This document shows positions 20,091 to 29,904 of a stretch of DNA of 64,000 bases, piece by piece. The notes under the pieces were generated by a model that saw only the letters and a program-made list of their open reading frames with translations, was not told the DNA's origin and ran no database searches. Numbering within the stretch: position 1 is the first letter of the stretch; every line of letters starts with the position of its first letter. This stretch comes from an uncultured virus (IMG/VR IMGVR_UViG_3300011240_000038) (taxonomy: Duplodnaviria > Heunggongvirae > Uroviricota > Caudoviricetes), in the IMG/VR virus record IMGVR_UViG_3300011240_000038; one strand, given 5' to 3'. Made by a program: the position numbers and the translations under genes.

Positions 20091-20365
20091 GTAACTGTAA
20101 ATATGATTTTGGGGTTTTTAATGATGGGCATGAAGTAACAAATATAGTAGGCGTAGTAGAGCTTTTTAAGGATAAAGAGAAATTCTTAAAAGCTTGTTAT
20201 GCAAATTATGCGGATGTTATAAAAGATAAAACATTTACTGTTGATGATGTAAGAGAAGGTCAAATAAGATATTTACCTAGAGGTAAGGATGGCAATGGAA
20301 GTGGATATTATCTTGTAAGTGGAAGAATGAAAGGCTCTTCAGATGTTTATTATATAGATTTATAA
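20087..20365 (+). CDS. Hypothetical protein
   Basis: AGGAGG RBS; overlaps the upstream stop. Confidence 0.65.
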   Translation: MSNCKYDFGVFNDGHEVTNIVGVVELFKDKEKFLKACYANYADVIKDKTFTVDDVREGQIRYLPRGKDGNGSGYYLVSGRMKGSSDVYYIDL

Positions 20366-20479
20366 AATAATAATTAATTTGGGTGATAAGTACTACTATG
20401 AAGAAAATTAAGGATAGACCGAGGGTGAAGGAATAATTTGTAGGTAGTGTGAAATAACCATGTTGGTGAGGTCAACAAA

Positions 20480-20971
20480 ATGGTAGATAGAAAGGAAGTA
20501 TTGAGAATGAGTATTTATAAGGTAGGTAAATGTGATTATTGTGGAGAAGAAAATATAATATTAAGACCAACTCCATTTATGGTAGATAGAGATGCTATGA
20601 TGTGTGAATATTGCTGGGATATAACACAAAAAGGATATGGAGCATCTAACGGAGAGTATATTCCAGATTTTCAAAGTGAAAAAGTAGAATATCAAGATGC
20701 TATTAAATTAAGAGCGATAGACTTATTCAATCAAATGCAAATAGAAGAAGTTTCAGCAGCGTGTGGAGAGATAGAATATATTTTAGTTTTAAGGAATGAT
20801 AAAAACATAGGAATATTAAAAGAAATTGGATTTACTGATAATGAAATCAACGAAGAATGTTATTCGGAAGAAAATAGTGTATACATGGATATATCTTCTA
20901 TAGCCTTTAAATATGCTGATGGATTTAATGGTAAAACAAATAAATTCTATGTGAATGAAAGATTATTCTAA
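20480..20971 (+). CDS. Hypothetical protein with N-terminal CxxC pairs
   Basis: ORF track; start may be 20507. Confidence 0.6.
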   Translation: MVDRKEVLRMSIYKVGKCDYCGEENIILRPTPFMVDRDAMMCEYCWDITQKGYGASNGEYIPDFQSEKVEYQDAIKLRAIDLFNQMQIEEVSAACGEIEYILVLRNDKNIGILKEIGFTDNEINEECYSEENSVYMDISSIAFKYADGFNGKTNKFYVNERLF

Positions 20972-21000
20972 TTCACAAACCCAGGAGTGAAGGTGATAAA

Positions 21001-21345
21001 TTGAAGAATGAACAACTTTCATTTTTAGAACTAAAAGAAAAACTTATTGAAGAGCATAAAATTATTGAAAAGCATGAAGTATATGATGCAACTATATGTG
21101 GTAGATGTTACTGTGAAAAGTGCAAATACAATGCTGAATCAAGATACTTTAGTGAAAATGAAACGAAGGCAGCATGGAGAAAATATGAACTCTGTTTTAA
21201 CTGTGATGATTGCTTTTATTATGGTATGGATGATGAAAGCTTAAGCAAAAACATAGTTAGATTTGAGTGTGAAAGGTTTGAAATGTTAGATTATTATGCA
21301 GAGCTTGAAGCAAAAAGGAAGAGAAAAAGTTTTAAAATAATTTAG
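21001..21345 (+). CDS. Cys-rich hypothetical phage protein
   Basis: AAGGTGA RBS, CGRCYCEKC and CFNCDDC. Confidence 0.65.
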   Translation: MKNEQLSFLELKEKLIEEHKIIEKHEVYDATICGRCYCEKCKYNAESRYFSENETKAAWRKYELCFNCDDCFYYGMDDESLSKNIVRFECERFEMLDYYAELEAKRKRKSFKII

Positions 21346-21371
21346 TTTGCAATTTAAAGAAAGTCAGAACC

Positions 21372-21454
21372 AAGGATGTAGGGTAACCTTGCATCCTTAT
21401 ATAAATTGTTCTTTGAAAATTGAATAGTACGGTGTTTAAATTAAGTGATATAAT
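21372..21454 (+). promoter_or_regulatory. Left cassette element 2: GNRA hairpin, boxA-like sequence, anti-terminator arm, extended -10 promoter
   Basis: AAGGATGTAGG-GTAA-CCTTGCATCCTT hairpin, then TTGTTCTTTGAAAATTGAATAGTACGGTGTT; TGaTATAAT at 21446-21454. Confidence 0.7.
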
Positions 21455-21516
21455 TATAGTAATATAATTGAAAATAAATCGTGATTAAAAGATAGTGCAT
21501 ACAAGGGAGATATGAA

Positions 21517-22608
21517 ATGGGAAATAGTATTGTTGAAAAATTTATTAAAAGGTTCCATAAGAGTCAAATTCAAAATAATAATTGCGAAATAGAAACATGT
21601 AACATGAGTAAATATGAATGGGAAAATATCAATAAAGAAATAGAGTATTTGTATGAAGATGCGTTTGATGGTATAGAAGAGGTATACTTTGGTATTGAAA
21701 TTGAATTCCAACTTTCGGAAAGAACAGTAAATGGAGATGATATAGTAAATTTACTAAAAAAATATGGTATATCGGTCAATACAAATGTTATTGAAGATAG
21801 AAGTGAGACAAGGGAGTATAATAACTGGCAAGTTATGAAAGAATCAACATGTGACTGGGAAGTTATTTCTCCAATTCTAAATGATACTGATAGATGTTGG
21901 AAAGAACTTCAAGAAGTATGTAATGTATTAAAAAAACAATTAAAAGCAACTGTTGATGAAAATTGTGCAATTCATTTGCATATACAAAGAGAGCCATTGC
22001 TACGCACTGGAAATGATTATGTGAAACTAATGAAGTTGTATAGGTATTTAGAACCGTTTACATATGCAGTTTCAGCTGGTGAAGAATCTGAAATTTCCTT
22101 AACTCGAACAAAGAAATATGCTGCTACACTTAAATTTGCTGATGAAAATTTATGGACTAAAGGAGTAAAGCAAAATGAAATACTCGAAGAAATCAAAAAT
22201 GGTAATCTTGAATTAATTAATTATTACTTTTTTACACGTCTTTTAGGATTAAGCTTTTCAACTGCAAGTACGGAATTTAGAACTGTTGAATTCCGCACTT
22301 TTAATGGAACATTAAACCCTATAGCAATTCAGTCATATGTAATATATGTGGTAAATATGATTAATGCGGCTGTGAAAAATGATTTTATTGAAGAGTATCA
22401 TGGGCAAATATTTGGAACTGGAAAAGTTGGAAAAGTGCTTGAAAAGGAATATATTAATAAATGTTTATCGCTTTTAGCTAAAAATGAGAATCAAAGGGAC
22501 AGATTTGTAAGACCATTAATAAGGAATAATTATACTATTTCCCAAACCTTACATGATGCGTTAAACGGAAAATACACGAAAGAAGAGGAAAACTTTTTTT
22601 TCATATAG
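21517..22608 (+). CDS. Putative amidoligase (COOH-NH2 ligase type 2) moron
   Basis: FGIEIEF, WEVISPIL, CAIHLH, TVEFRTFNGT motifs. Confidence 0.85.
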   Translation: MGNSIVEKFIKRFHKSQIQNNNCEIETCNMSKYEWENINKEIEYLYEDAFDGIEEVYFGIEIEFQLSERTVNGDDIVNLLKKYGISVNTNVIEDRSETREYNNWQVMKESTCDWEVISPILNDTDRCWKELQEVCNVLKKQLKATVDENCAIHLHIQREPLLRTGNDYVKLMKLYRYLEPFTYAVSAGEESEISLTRTKKYAATLKFADENLWTKGVKQNEILEEIKNGNLELINYYFFTRLLGLSFSTASTEFRTVEFRTFNGTLNPIAIQSYVIYVVNMINAAVKNDFIEEYHGQIFGTGKVGKVLEKEYINKCLSLLAKNENQRDRFVRPLIRNNYTISQTLHDALNGKYTKEEENFFFI

Positions 22609-22657
22609 TTAATTCATTTTAATATAAATTATTCATATAATTAAATAGTTTATTTTT

Positions 22658-22700
22658 AACACCGTACTATTCAAAATGAATATGCGGTATTTTTTTATTC
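22658..22700 (+). terminator. Right cassette element 2: intrinsic terminator
   Basis: ACCGTACTATTCA-AAA-TGAATATGCGGT followed by ATTTTTTT; near-identical to 19450-19490. Confidence 0.8.
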
Positions 22701-22789
22701 AAATTGAGGGGTTGATATATATAAATAAAATTACAGAATATAATCAATTATAGATGATATTTTTAATTGGTAAATGGGAGTGATAAAAC

Positions 22790-23092
22790 ATGGGTAAGAA
22801 TATCATTCAAGATGAAGATATAAAGACTTTTCAGGCTATAATGGAAGAGTTCAAAGGACTCCAGGACACAGAATACGATAAAGCTTATGAACTACACAAA
22901 GTTGCATTAAGTGCTTACGATAGATGGAGTACAATCTTGTTTGAAACTAGACAAGCTGAATGGAAGGGGAAGGATCCAGCACTTAAAGAAAGAATTAAGC
23001 AAGTACTTGATATGTTAGATAAGGTTTATACATCAGCGAGAATGGTGTGGGGAAGAAGTAAAACAGATTATGATAACAAAAGTAGATATTAG
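22790..23092 (+). CDS. Hypothetical protein
   Basis: GGGAGTG RBS. Confidence 0.65.
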   Translation: MGKNIIQDEDIKTFQAIMEEFKGLQDTEYDKAYELHKVALSAYDRWSTILFETRQAEWKGKDPALKERIKQVLDMLDKVYTSARMVWGRSKTDYDNKSRY

Positions 23093-23107
23093 CAATAGGG
23101 GGATATT

Positions 23108-23521
23108 ATGAGTAATACTTTAGATAGAATAAAGAAATATAAAGAACTTAAAGCTGATATAGTTGATATTAATATAAGAATGGAAGAGTTAGAAGAAGAG
23201 GTTGTGGGAATAAGTGCACAACCTCAAGGTGAGAGAACATCACAGACATACAAAATAACTTCTAGTGTAGAGCAACAAGCAGAAAAGCTAATGGAAAAGA
23301 AGGATGAACTTCTTAAAATAAAAGCTGGCAAGGAAAGGGAATTAGATAGAATAGATAATGCACTAACAGTATTAACAGATGAAGAAAGAGATATAATAGA
23401 AACCGTATATATAGAACATAAAAAGTATTGGAAACTAGAAGAAAGACTAAATAAAACATATGCTAGATTAAAGCAAATAGAGAAAGTAGCCATTAGGAAG
23501 ATGTCAAAGTATATACCATAG
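23108..23521 (+). CDS. ArpU/RinA-like late transcriptional activator (sigma region 4-like)
   Basis: KITSSVEQ, IDNAL..L..EERDII, C-terminal HTH; last early gene before packaging. Confidence 0.8.
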   Translation: MSNTLDRIKKYKELKADIVDINIRMEELEEEVVGISAQPQGERTSQTYKITSSVEQQAEKLMEKKDELLKIKAGKERELDRIDNALTVLTDEERDIIETVYIEHKKYWKLEERLNKTYARLKQIEKVAIRKMSKYIP

Positions 23522-23544
23522 TACAACTTCAAGAGAACAACAAT

Positions 23545-23577
23545 AAAAACTATAGAAAAACTATAGAAAAACTATAA
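23545..23577 (+). repeat. 11-bp tandem repeat AAAAACTATAG x3, putative late-activator site
   Basis: Directly downstream of the activator gene. Confidence 0.6.
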
Positions 23578-23681
23578 GAAATCAATATATGCATATGAGA
23601 TAATTGTATTAGGTTAAATAGTAACCAAGAGTTTTTCAACATTACTTCCCCTTTTTAAAATAATGTGAACAACCCCAATGT

Positions 23682-23713
23682 AAAAGACATCTATAGAAAT
23701 ATAGGTGTCTTTT
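23682..23713 (+). terminator. Intrinsic terminator-like hairpin
   Basis: AAAAGACATCTATA-GAAA-TATAGGTGTCTTTT. Confidence 0.7.
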
Positions 23714-23761
23714 ATTGTTATATTTTAGAAGGTGTTGTAAAATATTTATGGGGGTGGGGAT

Positions 23762-24772
23762 ATGAATAATGAAAAAATAGTTTTAATTAGGGATACACTG
23801 GTTATAATATCAACTATTATTACTCTATTCACAATATTTGTAAAAATATTTTCTAATATATTTAAAGAAAGCATTAAAAGTAAGTTTAAATATGTTCCTG
23901 AGGATGATTCGTTGTTTAATTTAATATTACAAATGCTAGCGCATATCATTAGTTCAGGATTGTATCTTTTAGTTATAGTTGTTTCAGCATTAACTATTTA
24001 TATTTATATAAAGAATGGATCTACAATTAGTGATGTGCTATCTAGCTTTAAATATATTGAGAAAAATAAAACTGACCTATTTGCCGATAGAATATTTTAT
24101 ATACAGTTAGTAATAGTATTTGTAGTAACATTTTGCTTTATCAATTGCTATGAAAGGGTTAAAAATGAATTCGTCAGAAAATTTAGTGGGGTAAAGTGGG
24201 TTAAATCAAAGAGAAAAGGCATAAAAATATGGATGCCAAATAAAAAAGTCAATATAAGAAGATTGAAATGGTATAATAGAATCACTAAGTTTGGTTCATC
24301 AATTATTAGTTTTTTTTATGCATTTATGTTCTTTATAGCTATTATGAGTAATGAAAAAATATCTTATTCAGCTACATTAAGTGGAATATTTCTAATATGT
24401 GCATACCTAGCGATTCTAATAATTGCTGTTAGCTTAGATGAAATTATAGAAGTTATTGCTTATTATAATAAATATGAATTTATTTTAGATGGTGAAAAAG
24501 TTATTTGTGAATGCTTCTTAGAGTATAAGCAACATTATCTAATTTATGAATCTAAGTTAGTTAATGGACATAATAACATTGAGAGATATATTAGAAAGAA
24601 TGAAGTTAAAGAAATTAGAAAAATTTGTGGAGATAAAATTGTATATAATAAAACTAAGAGGTCTATTAAGGATAGAAAAACTAAGAAATCTGTTAAAGAA
24701 ATTATAAATACATTAATAAAAAAAGATAAAAGTAGTTTTATAAATAATACAAATAAAGATTTAGAATCCTAA
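23762..24772 (+). CDS. Multi-pass membrane protein (moron)
   Basis: About 5 hydrophobic segments; very AT-rich; hairpin plus T-run after the stop. Confidence 0.7.
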   Translation: MNNEKIVLIRDTLVIISTIITLFTIFVKIFSNIFKESIKSKFKYVPEDDSLFNLILQMLAHIISSGLYLLVIVVSALTIYIYIKNGSTISDVLSSFKYIEKNKTDLFADRIFYIQLVIVFVVTFCFINCYERVKNEFVRKFSGVKWVKSKRKGIKIWMPNKKVNIRRLKWYNRITKFGSSIISFFYAFMFFIAIMSNEKISYSATLSGIFLICAYLAILIIAVSLDEIIEVIAYYNKYEFILDGEKVICECFLEYKQHYLIYESKLVNGHNNIERYIRKNEVKEIRKICGDKIVYNKTKRSIKDRKTKKSVKEIINTLIKKDKSSFINNTNKDLES

Positions 24773-24807
24773 TTACAGGGTTCTTTTTTATTTAGTAAAA
24801 AGGTGGT

Positions 24808-25032
24808 GTGAATATGCTAAATATCTATACAAGCTACATATGTAGAGGATGCAGTAGAGAATTTATATTGATAACTTCAGAGGTGCAAAATGCTATTAGT
24901 ACAGGTAAGTATTTAGCATGTCCATATTGTGGGAATAAGAGAATAAGAAAAGAATTGGCTACAGATGACCTTAGAGAAGTAATGAAGTCTAGAAGATATA
25001 AGAGGGTAAATGGTGCAATACATCAGAAATAA
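24808..25032 (+). CDS. Small zinc-ribbon phage protein
   Basis: CRGC...CPYC. Confidence 0.7.
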   Translation: MNMLNIYTSYICRGCSREFILITSEVQNAISTGKYLACPYCGNKRIRKELATDDLREVMKSRRYKRVNGAIHQK

Positions 25033-25100
25033 AGGGAAAAGTATATTTGTATAGAATATAATTTAAATAAATATATTTTATATAAGGGAGAAATAATATT

Positions 25101-25931
25101 ATGATAGATAAGTTAATGAACTTAATTTTAAATGATGACTTAAAGTCGTTTAAGGAGATAGTAGAATCTGGGTCAAAAGACATAATTGAAGAAAATAACT
25201 TTACAGAACTAGCATCAAGTGCATACGAAAATAATGCATATAAAATATTGGAATTTATATTAAGTGAAAAAGAAACAGTTTATTTAGATTCGACTGAGGT
25301 TGCTGATAAAGGTGCATGTGACAGAGAATTTATAGTTGATTCTATACGTAGTGGAAATATAAAGGGTGCAAAGTTTACAGTATTAAGATTAGATAATAAA
25401 ATAGACTTTAGCAAACTCTATAGAAACGATTATGTATATAGAGATCTTAATGATAATAATAGCAGATATTATGGTAAACAAATTAAAGGATTAAACAGAT
25501 GTCAAAGACATGAAACTTTAATAGCAATGTGTTTAGACTTGATTTTATTTGGAAGATATTTAGGTGGAAAGCTAGAAACTGTTGAATTGAAAAATATAGA
25601 TAATATAGATGAAATACCTGTACCTAATGATAAGAAATATAGAGAAATGCTTTTAGATATTTTAGAGCTTATAAATATAATAAAAATAAAGCATGGAATT
25701 AAAGAGGAGTATATTAGAGAAAGGCATACACATTTTGATAAGCAAGAAAATATATATAGGGAGTATGACATTAATTATAGAGTTCTTTTAAATAAGTTTG
25801 ATAAATTCATAATTCAATATGATAAGTGTATAAATATGGATTGGGAATTACCTAATATAGAAGAAATTTTAGAAGAATATAGAAAAACAAAAAATATACT
25901 TGTAAGCATAAGAGAAATGTTAAATATATAA
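25101..25931 (+). CDS. Hypothetical moron protein (possible ankyrin-like N-terminus)
   Basis: AAGGGAG RBS; SigH-like promoter at 25031-25059. Confidence 0.65.
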   Translation: MIDKLMNLILNDDLKSFKEIVESGSKDIIEENNFTELASSAYENNAYKILEFILSEKETVYLDSTEVADKGACDREFIVDSIRSGNIKGAKFTVLRLDNKIDFSKLYRNDYVYRDLNDNNSRYYGKQIKGLNRCQRHETLIAMCLDLILFGRYLGGKLETVELKNIDNIDEIPVPNDKKYREMLLDILELINIIKIKHGIKEEYIRERHTHFDKQENIYREYDINYRVLLNKFDKFIIQYDKCINMDWELPNIEEILEEYRKTKNILVSIREMLNI

Positions 25932-26166
25932 ATTAATTAGCTTATAAATATTGATATAATATTATTATAGGAGTGTGATTGTATGGTTGGAATTTATCTT
26001 AGAATGAATAATGTAAAGATTTCAATAGTAGAATAGTGTAAAGAACTAGCAAAAGAGAGTTATGAGCTATTCATTGACGAATGAAATGATTTAAGAAGGA
26101 TTTGATATAATCAAGTCCTTCTTTATTTACAGGTAAATATGAATAAGTTAGAGATGAGGTGGTGGT

Positions 26167-26994
26167 GTGGCGAGGGTACGAAGTCCCAATAGGGATAAGG
26201 CGTATGAAATATATAAAGAACATAATGGAGAAATAACTAATAGAGAAATTGCTAAAATACTAAATGAAGATGAAAAGAAGATAGCAGTATGGAAGCAAAG
26301 AGATAAATGGAATAGTAATGTTGTACAACATAAAAATAAAAGTAGTACAACGGATAAAAAGAGTACTAAAAATAATGGCAATAAATGTAGTAAAAAAGCA
26401 GATGTTAATAATATATCTCAAATTAGCAATTCAAACACCAAAAATAAATCCCAAGCTAGATATGGTAATAAAAATGCAGTAGGCCATGGAGCACCGAAAG
26501 GAAATAAGAATGGTGAAACCCATGGCTTTTATGCTAAATACCTTCCAGAAGATACATTTGAAATGATTAAAGAGATAGAAACTAGACATCCTTTAGATAT
26601 TCTTTGGGATAACATAGTAATTCAATATGCAGCTATAATAAGAGCTCAAAAGATTATGTATGTTAAATCTAAAGAAGAAATGATAAAGGAATTAAAAAAA
26701 GAAGAGAAGTCAGTTTTTGAAGGTGGAAGCACAGAAAAAACTGAATGGGAATTTCAATTTGCATGGGATAGACAGGCTACTTTTTTAAATGCACAGAGTA
26801 GGGCCATGGGTGAGTTAAGGTCTTTGATTAAGCAATATGATGAAATGTTGCATAATAATTGGGATATGGCTACTGAGGAACAGAAACTAAGAATATCTAA
26901 ATTAAAAGGTGAAGTTGACAAGCTTAATGGAGATAAGAATGATGAACCAATTAAGATACAATTTATAAAGGCAAGTGATAGAAATGATAAGTAA
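26167..26994 (+). CDS. Terminase small subunit
   Basis: [53 protein letters not shown]. Confidence 0.92.
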   Translation: MARVRSPNRDKAYEIYKEHNGEITNREIAKILNEDEKKIAVWKQRDKWNSNVVQHKNKSSTTDKKSTKNNGNKCSKKADVNNISQISNSNTKNKSQARYGNKNAVGHGAPKGNKNGETHGFYAKYLPEDTFEMIKEIETRHPLDILWDNIVIQYAAIIRAQKIMYVKSKEEMIKELKKEEKSVFEGGSTEKTEWEFQFAWDRQATFLNAQSRAMGELRSLIKQYDEMLHNNWDMATEEQKLRISKLKGEVDKLNGDKNDEPIKIQFIKASDRNDK

Positions 26995-28354
26995 GAAAAC
27001 AAGTCTAATAGTTGAGTTTGCCTTAAACGACCATTTCTTTGACTTTGTAGATGATTGGAACCATAAATTTTATTTTCTTGTAGGAGGATATGGAAGTTCT
27101 AAAAGTTATCATGTAGCTGTTAAATTGATTAAAAAACTATGTGAAGAGAAAAGAACAGCTTTAGTAGTGAGAGAAGTCTTTGAAACAATTAGAGATTCAT
27201 GCTTTTCATTATTACAAGAAGTGGCTTTAGCAATGGGACTTGAAGAAAACATAGTAAGATTTACTACATCACCTATGCAAGTTAGATTTTCAAATGGATC
27301 TAAAATAATTTTCAAAGGTATGGATAAACCTGCAAAACTTAAGTCTATGAATGATGTGTCAATAGTATGGATAGAAGAATGTTCTGAGGTTAAATATGCA
27401 GGGTTTAAAGAAATACTCGGAAGGTTAAGACATTTTAAAGTGTCTAATCACATTATTTTATCTACTAATCCAGTTAGTAAAGGCAATTGGTGCTATAAGC
27501 ATTTCTTTATAGATAAACACAATAAAAGAACAGTACTTGACGATAAGGAGCTTTATAAAAAAAGAGTAGTAACAAAGAAAGATATTTATTACCATCACTC
27601 AAATGCAGATGATAATTATTTTTTACCAGGTGATTATATAAAGCAACTTGATGAAATGAAAGAATATGATCCTGACTTATATAGAATAGCTAGAAAAGGT
27701 CAATTTGGAACTAATGGATTAAAGGTGCTTCCACAACTAGAAGTAAAACCACATTATTGGATTTTAGACAGTATGAAAAAGATTAAGAAACAAGTGCTTA
27801 GAGTGGGAATGGACTTTGGGTTTGAAACTTCTTATAATGCAGTTGTTAGAATGTGCATTGATGATGATAAAAAAGATTTATATATTTATTGGTGCTATTA
27901 CAAAAATAAAATGACTGATGACAGAACAGCTTTAGAACTCCAAGAGTTTAAAGTAAGCAAAGAATTGATTCGTTCAGATAGTGCAGAGCCTAAAACTATT
28001 ACATATTACCAGCAAGAAGGGTTCAATATGATAGGAGCGAAGAAACCTCCAGGGAGCAGACTGCAAAATACTAAAAAAGTAAAAAGGTTTAGGCATATAT
28101 ATGTATCAGAAGATTGTGAGCCTGTTGTGGATGAATTACAAGAATTAGTATATGCAACAGATAAAGATGAAGAAATAATTGAAGATGAATTCAATATTGA
28201 TCCGCACACATTTAGTGCAATTTGGTATGGATTAGATGGTTATGAAGTAGCTGATATAAAAGAACAGAAATATAGTGAAGAAATAACATCTCAAGGAAGA
28301 GGGGTTATTAATACTAATAATAATACAAGAAGGAAAGGAGGTACTATATTCTAA
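26975..28354 (+). CDS. Terminase large subunit (PBSX family)
   Basis: [27 protein letters not shown]. Confidence 0.95.
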   Translation: MIEMISKKTSLIVEFALNDHFFDFVDDWNHKFYFLVGGYGSSKSYHVAVKLIKKLCEEKRTALVVREVFETIRDSCFSLLQEVALAMGLEENIVRFTTSPMQVRFSNGSKIIFKGMDKPAKLKSMNDVSIVWIEECSEVKYAGFKEILGRLRHFKVSNHIILSTNPVSKGNWCYKHFFIDKHNKRTVLDDKELYKKRVVTKKDIYYHHSNADDNYFLPGDYIKQLDEMKEYDPDLYRIARKGQFGTNGLKVLPQLEVKPHYWILDSMKKIKKQVLRVGMDFGFETSYNAVVRMCIDDDKKDLYIYWCYYKNKMTDDRTALELQEFKVSKELIRSDSAEPKTITYYQQEGFNMIGAKKPPGSRLQNTKKVKRFRHIYVSEDCEPVVDELQELVYATDKDEEIIEDEFNIDPHTFSAIWYGLDGYEVADIKEQKYSEEITSQGRGVINTNNNTRRKGGTIF

Positions 28355-29904
28355 TGGCAGATAGTAAAAGAAACTTAAAAACCATAAGAGAACAATTATT
28401 AAAATTACCTGATGTAGAAAAAAAAGAAAGAGGAAAGGTAAGAGTTGATTATTATTTTTATAAAGGCAGATGTGAAGATGAAGATAAAGCTAAAACTGAT
28501 AAAGCATTACTAGGGCAAAATTGGGAGCTGCAAGACAATATAGGTTATATACCTACACAGGAAATAAGGAATAAAGTAAAACCTCTTATAAAAAAACAAG
28601 CCAGGTTTATGTTTGGCAAGGAGCCTACAATAACTCTAAAGCCTAAAGACATAAAAGATAAAGAAAAATGTGAAGCTCTAAGGCAGTTCATAGATAAAGT
28701 ATTTATGGATAAAACAAATCAATTTTGGAAAAAGACCAGAAAAGCATTTTTAAATAGCACTATAAAGAAAAGAGTTTTACTAAGGGTGGAAGCTAATCCT
28801 AATTCACCTATTCTAATTAGGTACGAGGATATAGAGGATTTCTACTATAAGGAAATTAATAATGTTTTAGTAGAAGCTAAATTCTTTGAAGAGGATAAGA
28901 AGAACATATATGCAAAAGAAGATTCTGAAAAGATTTATTATATTCATAGATATTACTATAACAAACTAGAAGAAAGTGAAGAAATATCAGCCTTTTATCA
29001 AAAGTTAACTTATAAAGGCGATAAACTCAATGAAGCTATAGCAGATGAACCTATTGATACAGGGTTTTCAATAATTCCATGTTGGCTTATAAAAAATGGC
29101 GGTGAGTTAAATGAAGAGTTTGGAGAGTCTGATATAGAAGATTTAAAGGATATTCAGAATAATTACAATAGAACTGTTTCTGATTATAGGGATGCTCTTA
29201 GATTTGAAATGTTTGGTGCTGAAGCAGTAATTGATGGAAATCAAGATGACGTAAACAACTTTGTTATTGCGCCAGGAGCACTTCATGCAGTTAAAACAGA
29301 CCAACAAGCAGCAGCACAAGGAAAGCAAGCAGTAGTTCAAAGAATAGAGTACAGTTTTAGTTCAAGTGGTGCAGTGAATAATTATCTTGATAGATCAATG
29401 CAAGATATGAATTTTGTTTTGGATATGCCTAGTATAAAAGATATGAATAACATACCTTCTGCTAAAGCTATGAAATATCTTTATAATGATCTTATTGCTA
29501 GGTGTGAAGAAAAATGGAGTGACTGGCAACCTGTTTTTGAAGAATTAATCCATTTTATAATTAATGCTGCAAAGTATTGTTATAGTGATTTTAAAGAAGA
29601 ATGGAAATCATTAGAATATACTATACTATTTGAACGTAATTATCCTATACCAAGTGATGAAGAGGATAAAAAGAAAATAGGAATGGATGAAGTGGCTTCA
29701 GGGGTAAGAAGTAAGAAATCTTATATAAAAGAGTTTACAGATGAAGAAGATTCAGAAGAATCGTATAAGGAGATTTTAGAAGAAAAGTCACTTGAAGCTG
29801 GCATTGAAATGGGTGAATTAAGTCCAGGTAATAAAACTAATGCTAAGAATAATACTGATAAAGATGAAGAGGATGAAGAAAAAGAAGATGATCTAAATGA
29901 GTGA
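28354..29904 (+). CDS. Portal protein (SPP1-like)
   Basis: Follows TerL; FGESDIEDL, SAKAM; size 516 aa. Confidence 0.88.
   Translation: MADSKRNLKTIREQLLKLPDVEKKERGKVRVDYYFYKGRCEDEDKAKTDKALLGQNWELQDNIGYIPTQEIRNKVKPLIKKQARFMFGKEPTITLKPKDIKDKEKCEALRQFIDKVFMDKTNQFWKKTRKAFLNSTIKKRVLLRVEANPNSPILIRYEDIEDFYYKEINNVLVEAKFFEEDKKNIYAKEDSEKIYYIHRYYYNKLEESEEISAFYQKLTYKGDKLNEAIADEPIDTGFSIIPCWLIKNGGELNEEFGESDIEDLKDIQNNYNRTVSDYRDALRFEMFGAEAVIDGNQDDVNNFVIAPGALHAVKTDQQAAAQGKQAVVQRIEYSFSSSGAVNNYLDRSMQDMNFVLDMPSIKDMNNIPSAKAMKYLYNDLIARCEEKWSDWQPVFEELIHFIINAAKYCYSDFKEEWKSLEYTILFERNYPIPSDEEDKKKIGMDEVASGVRSKKSYIKEFTDEEDSEESYKEILEEKSLEAGIEMGELSPGNKTNAKNNTDKDEEDEEKEDDLNE

Noticed and set aside
17251..22673. Reading the cassette inverted repeats as IS/MITE terminal repeats
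   Set aside because: No transposase and no evident target-site duplication. The right copy is part of a terminator hairpin and the left is fused to boxA-like and promoter motifs. A DNA-level role is not fully excluded.
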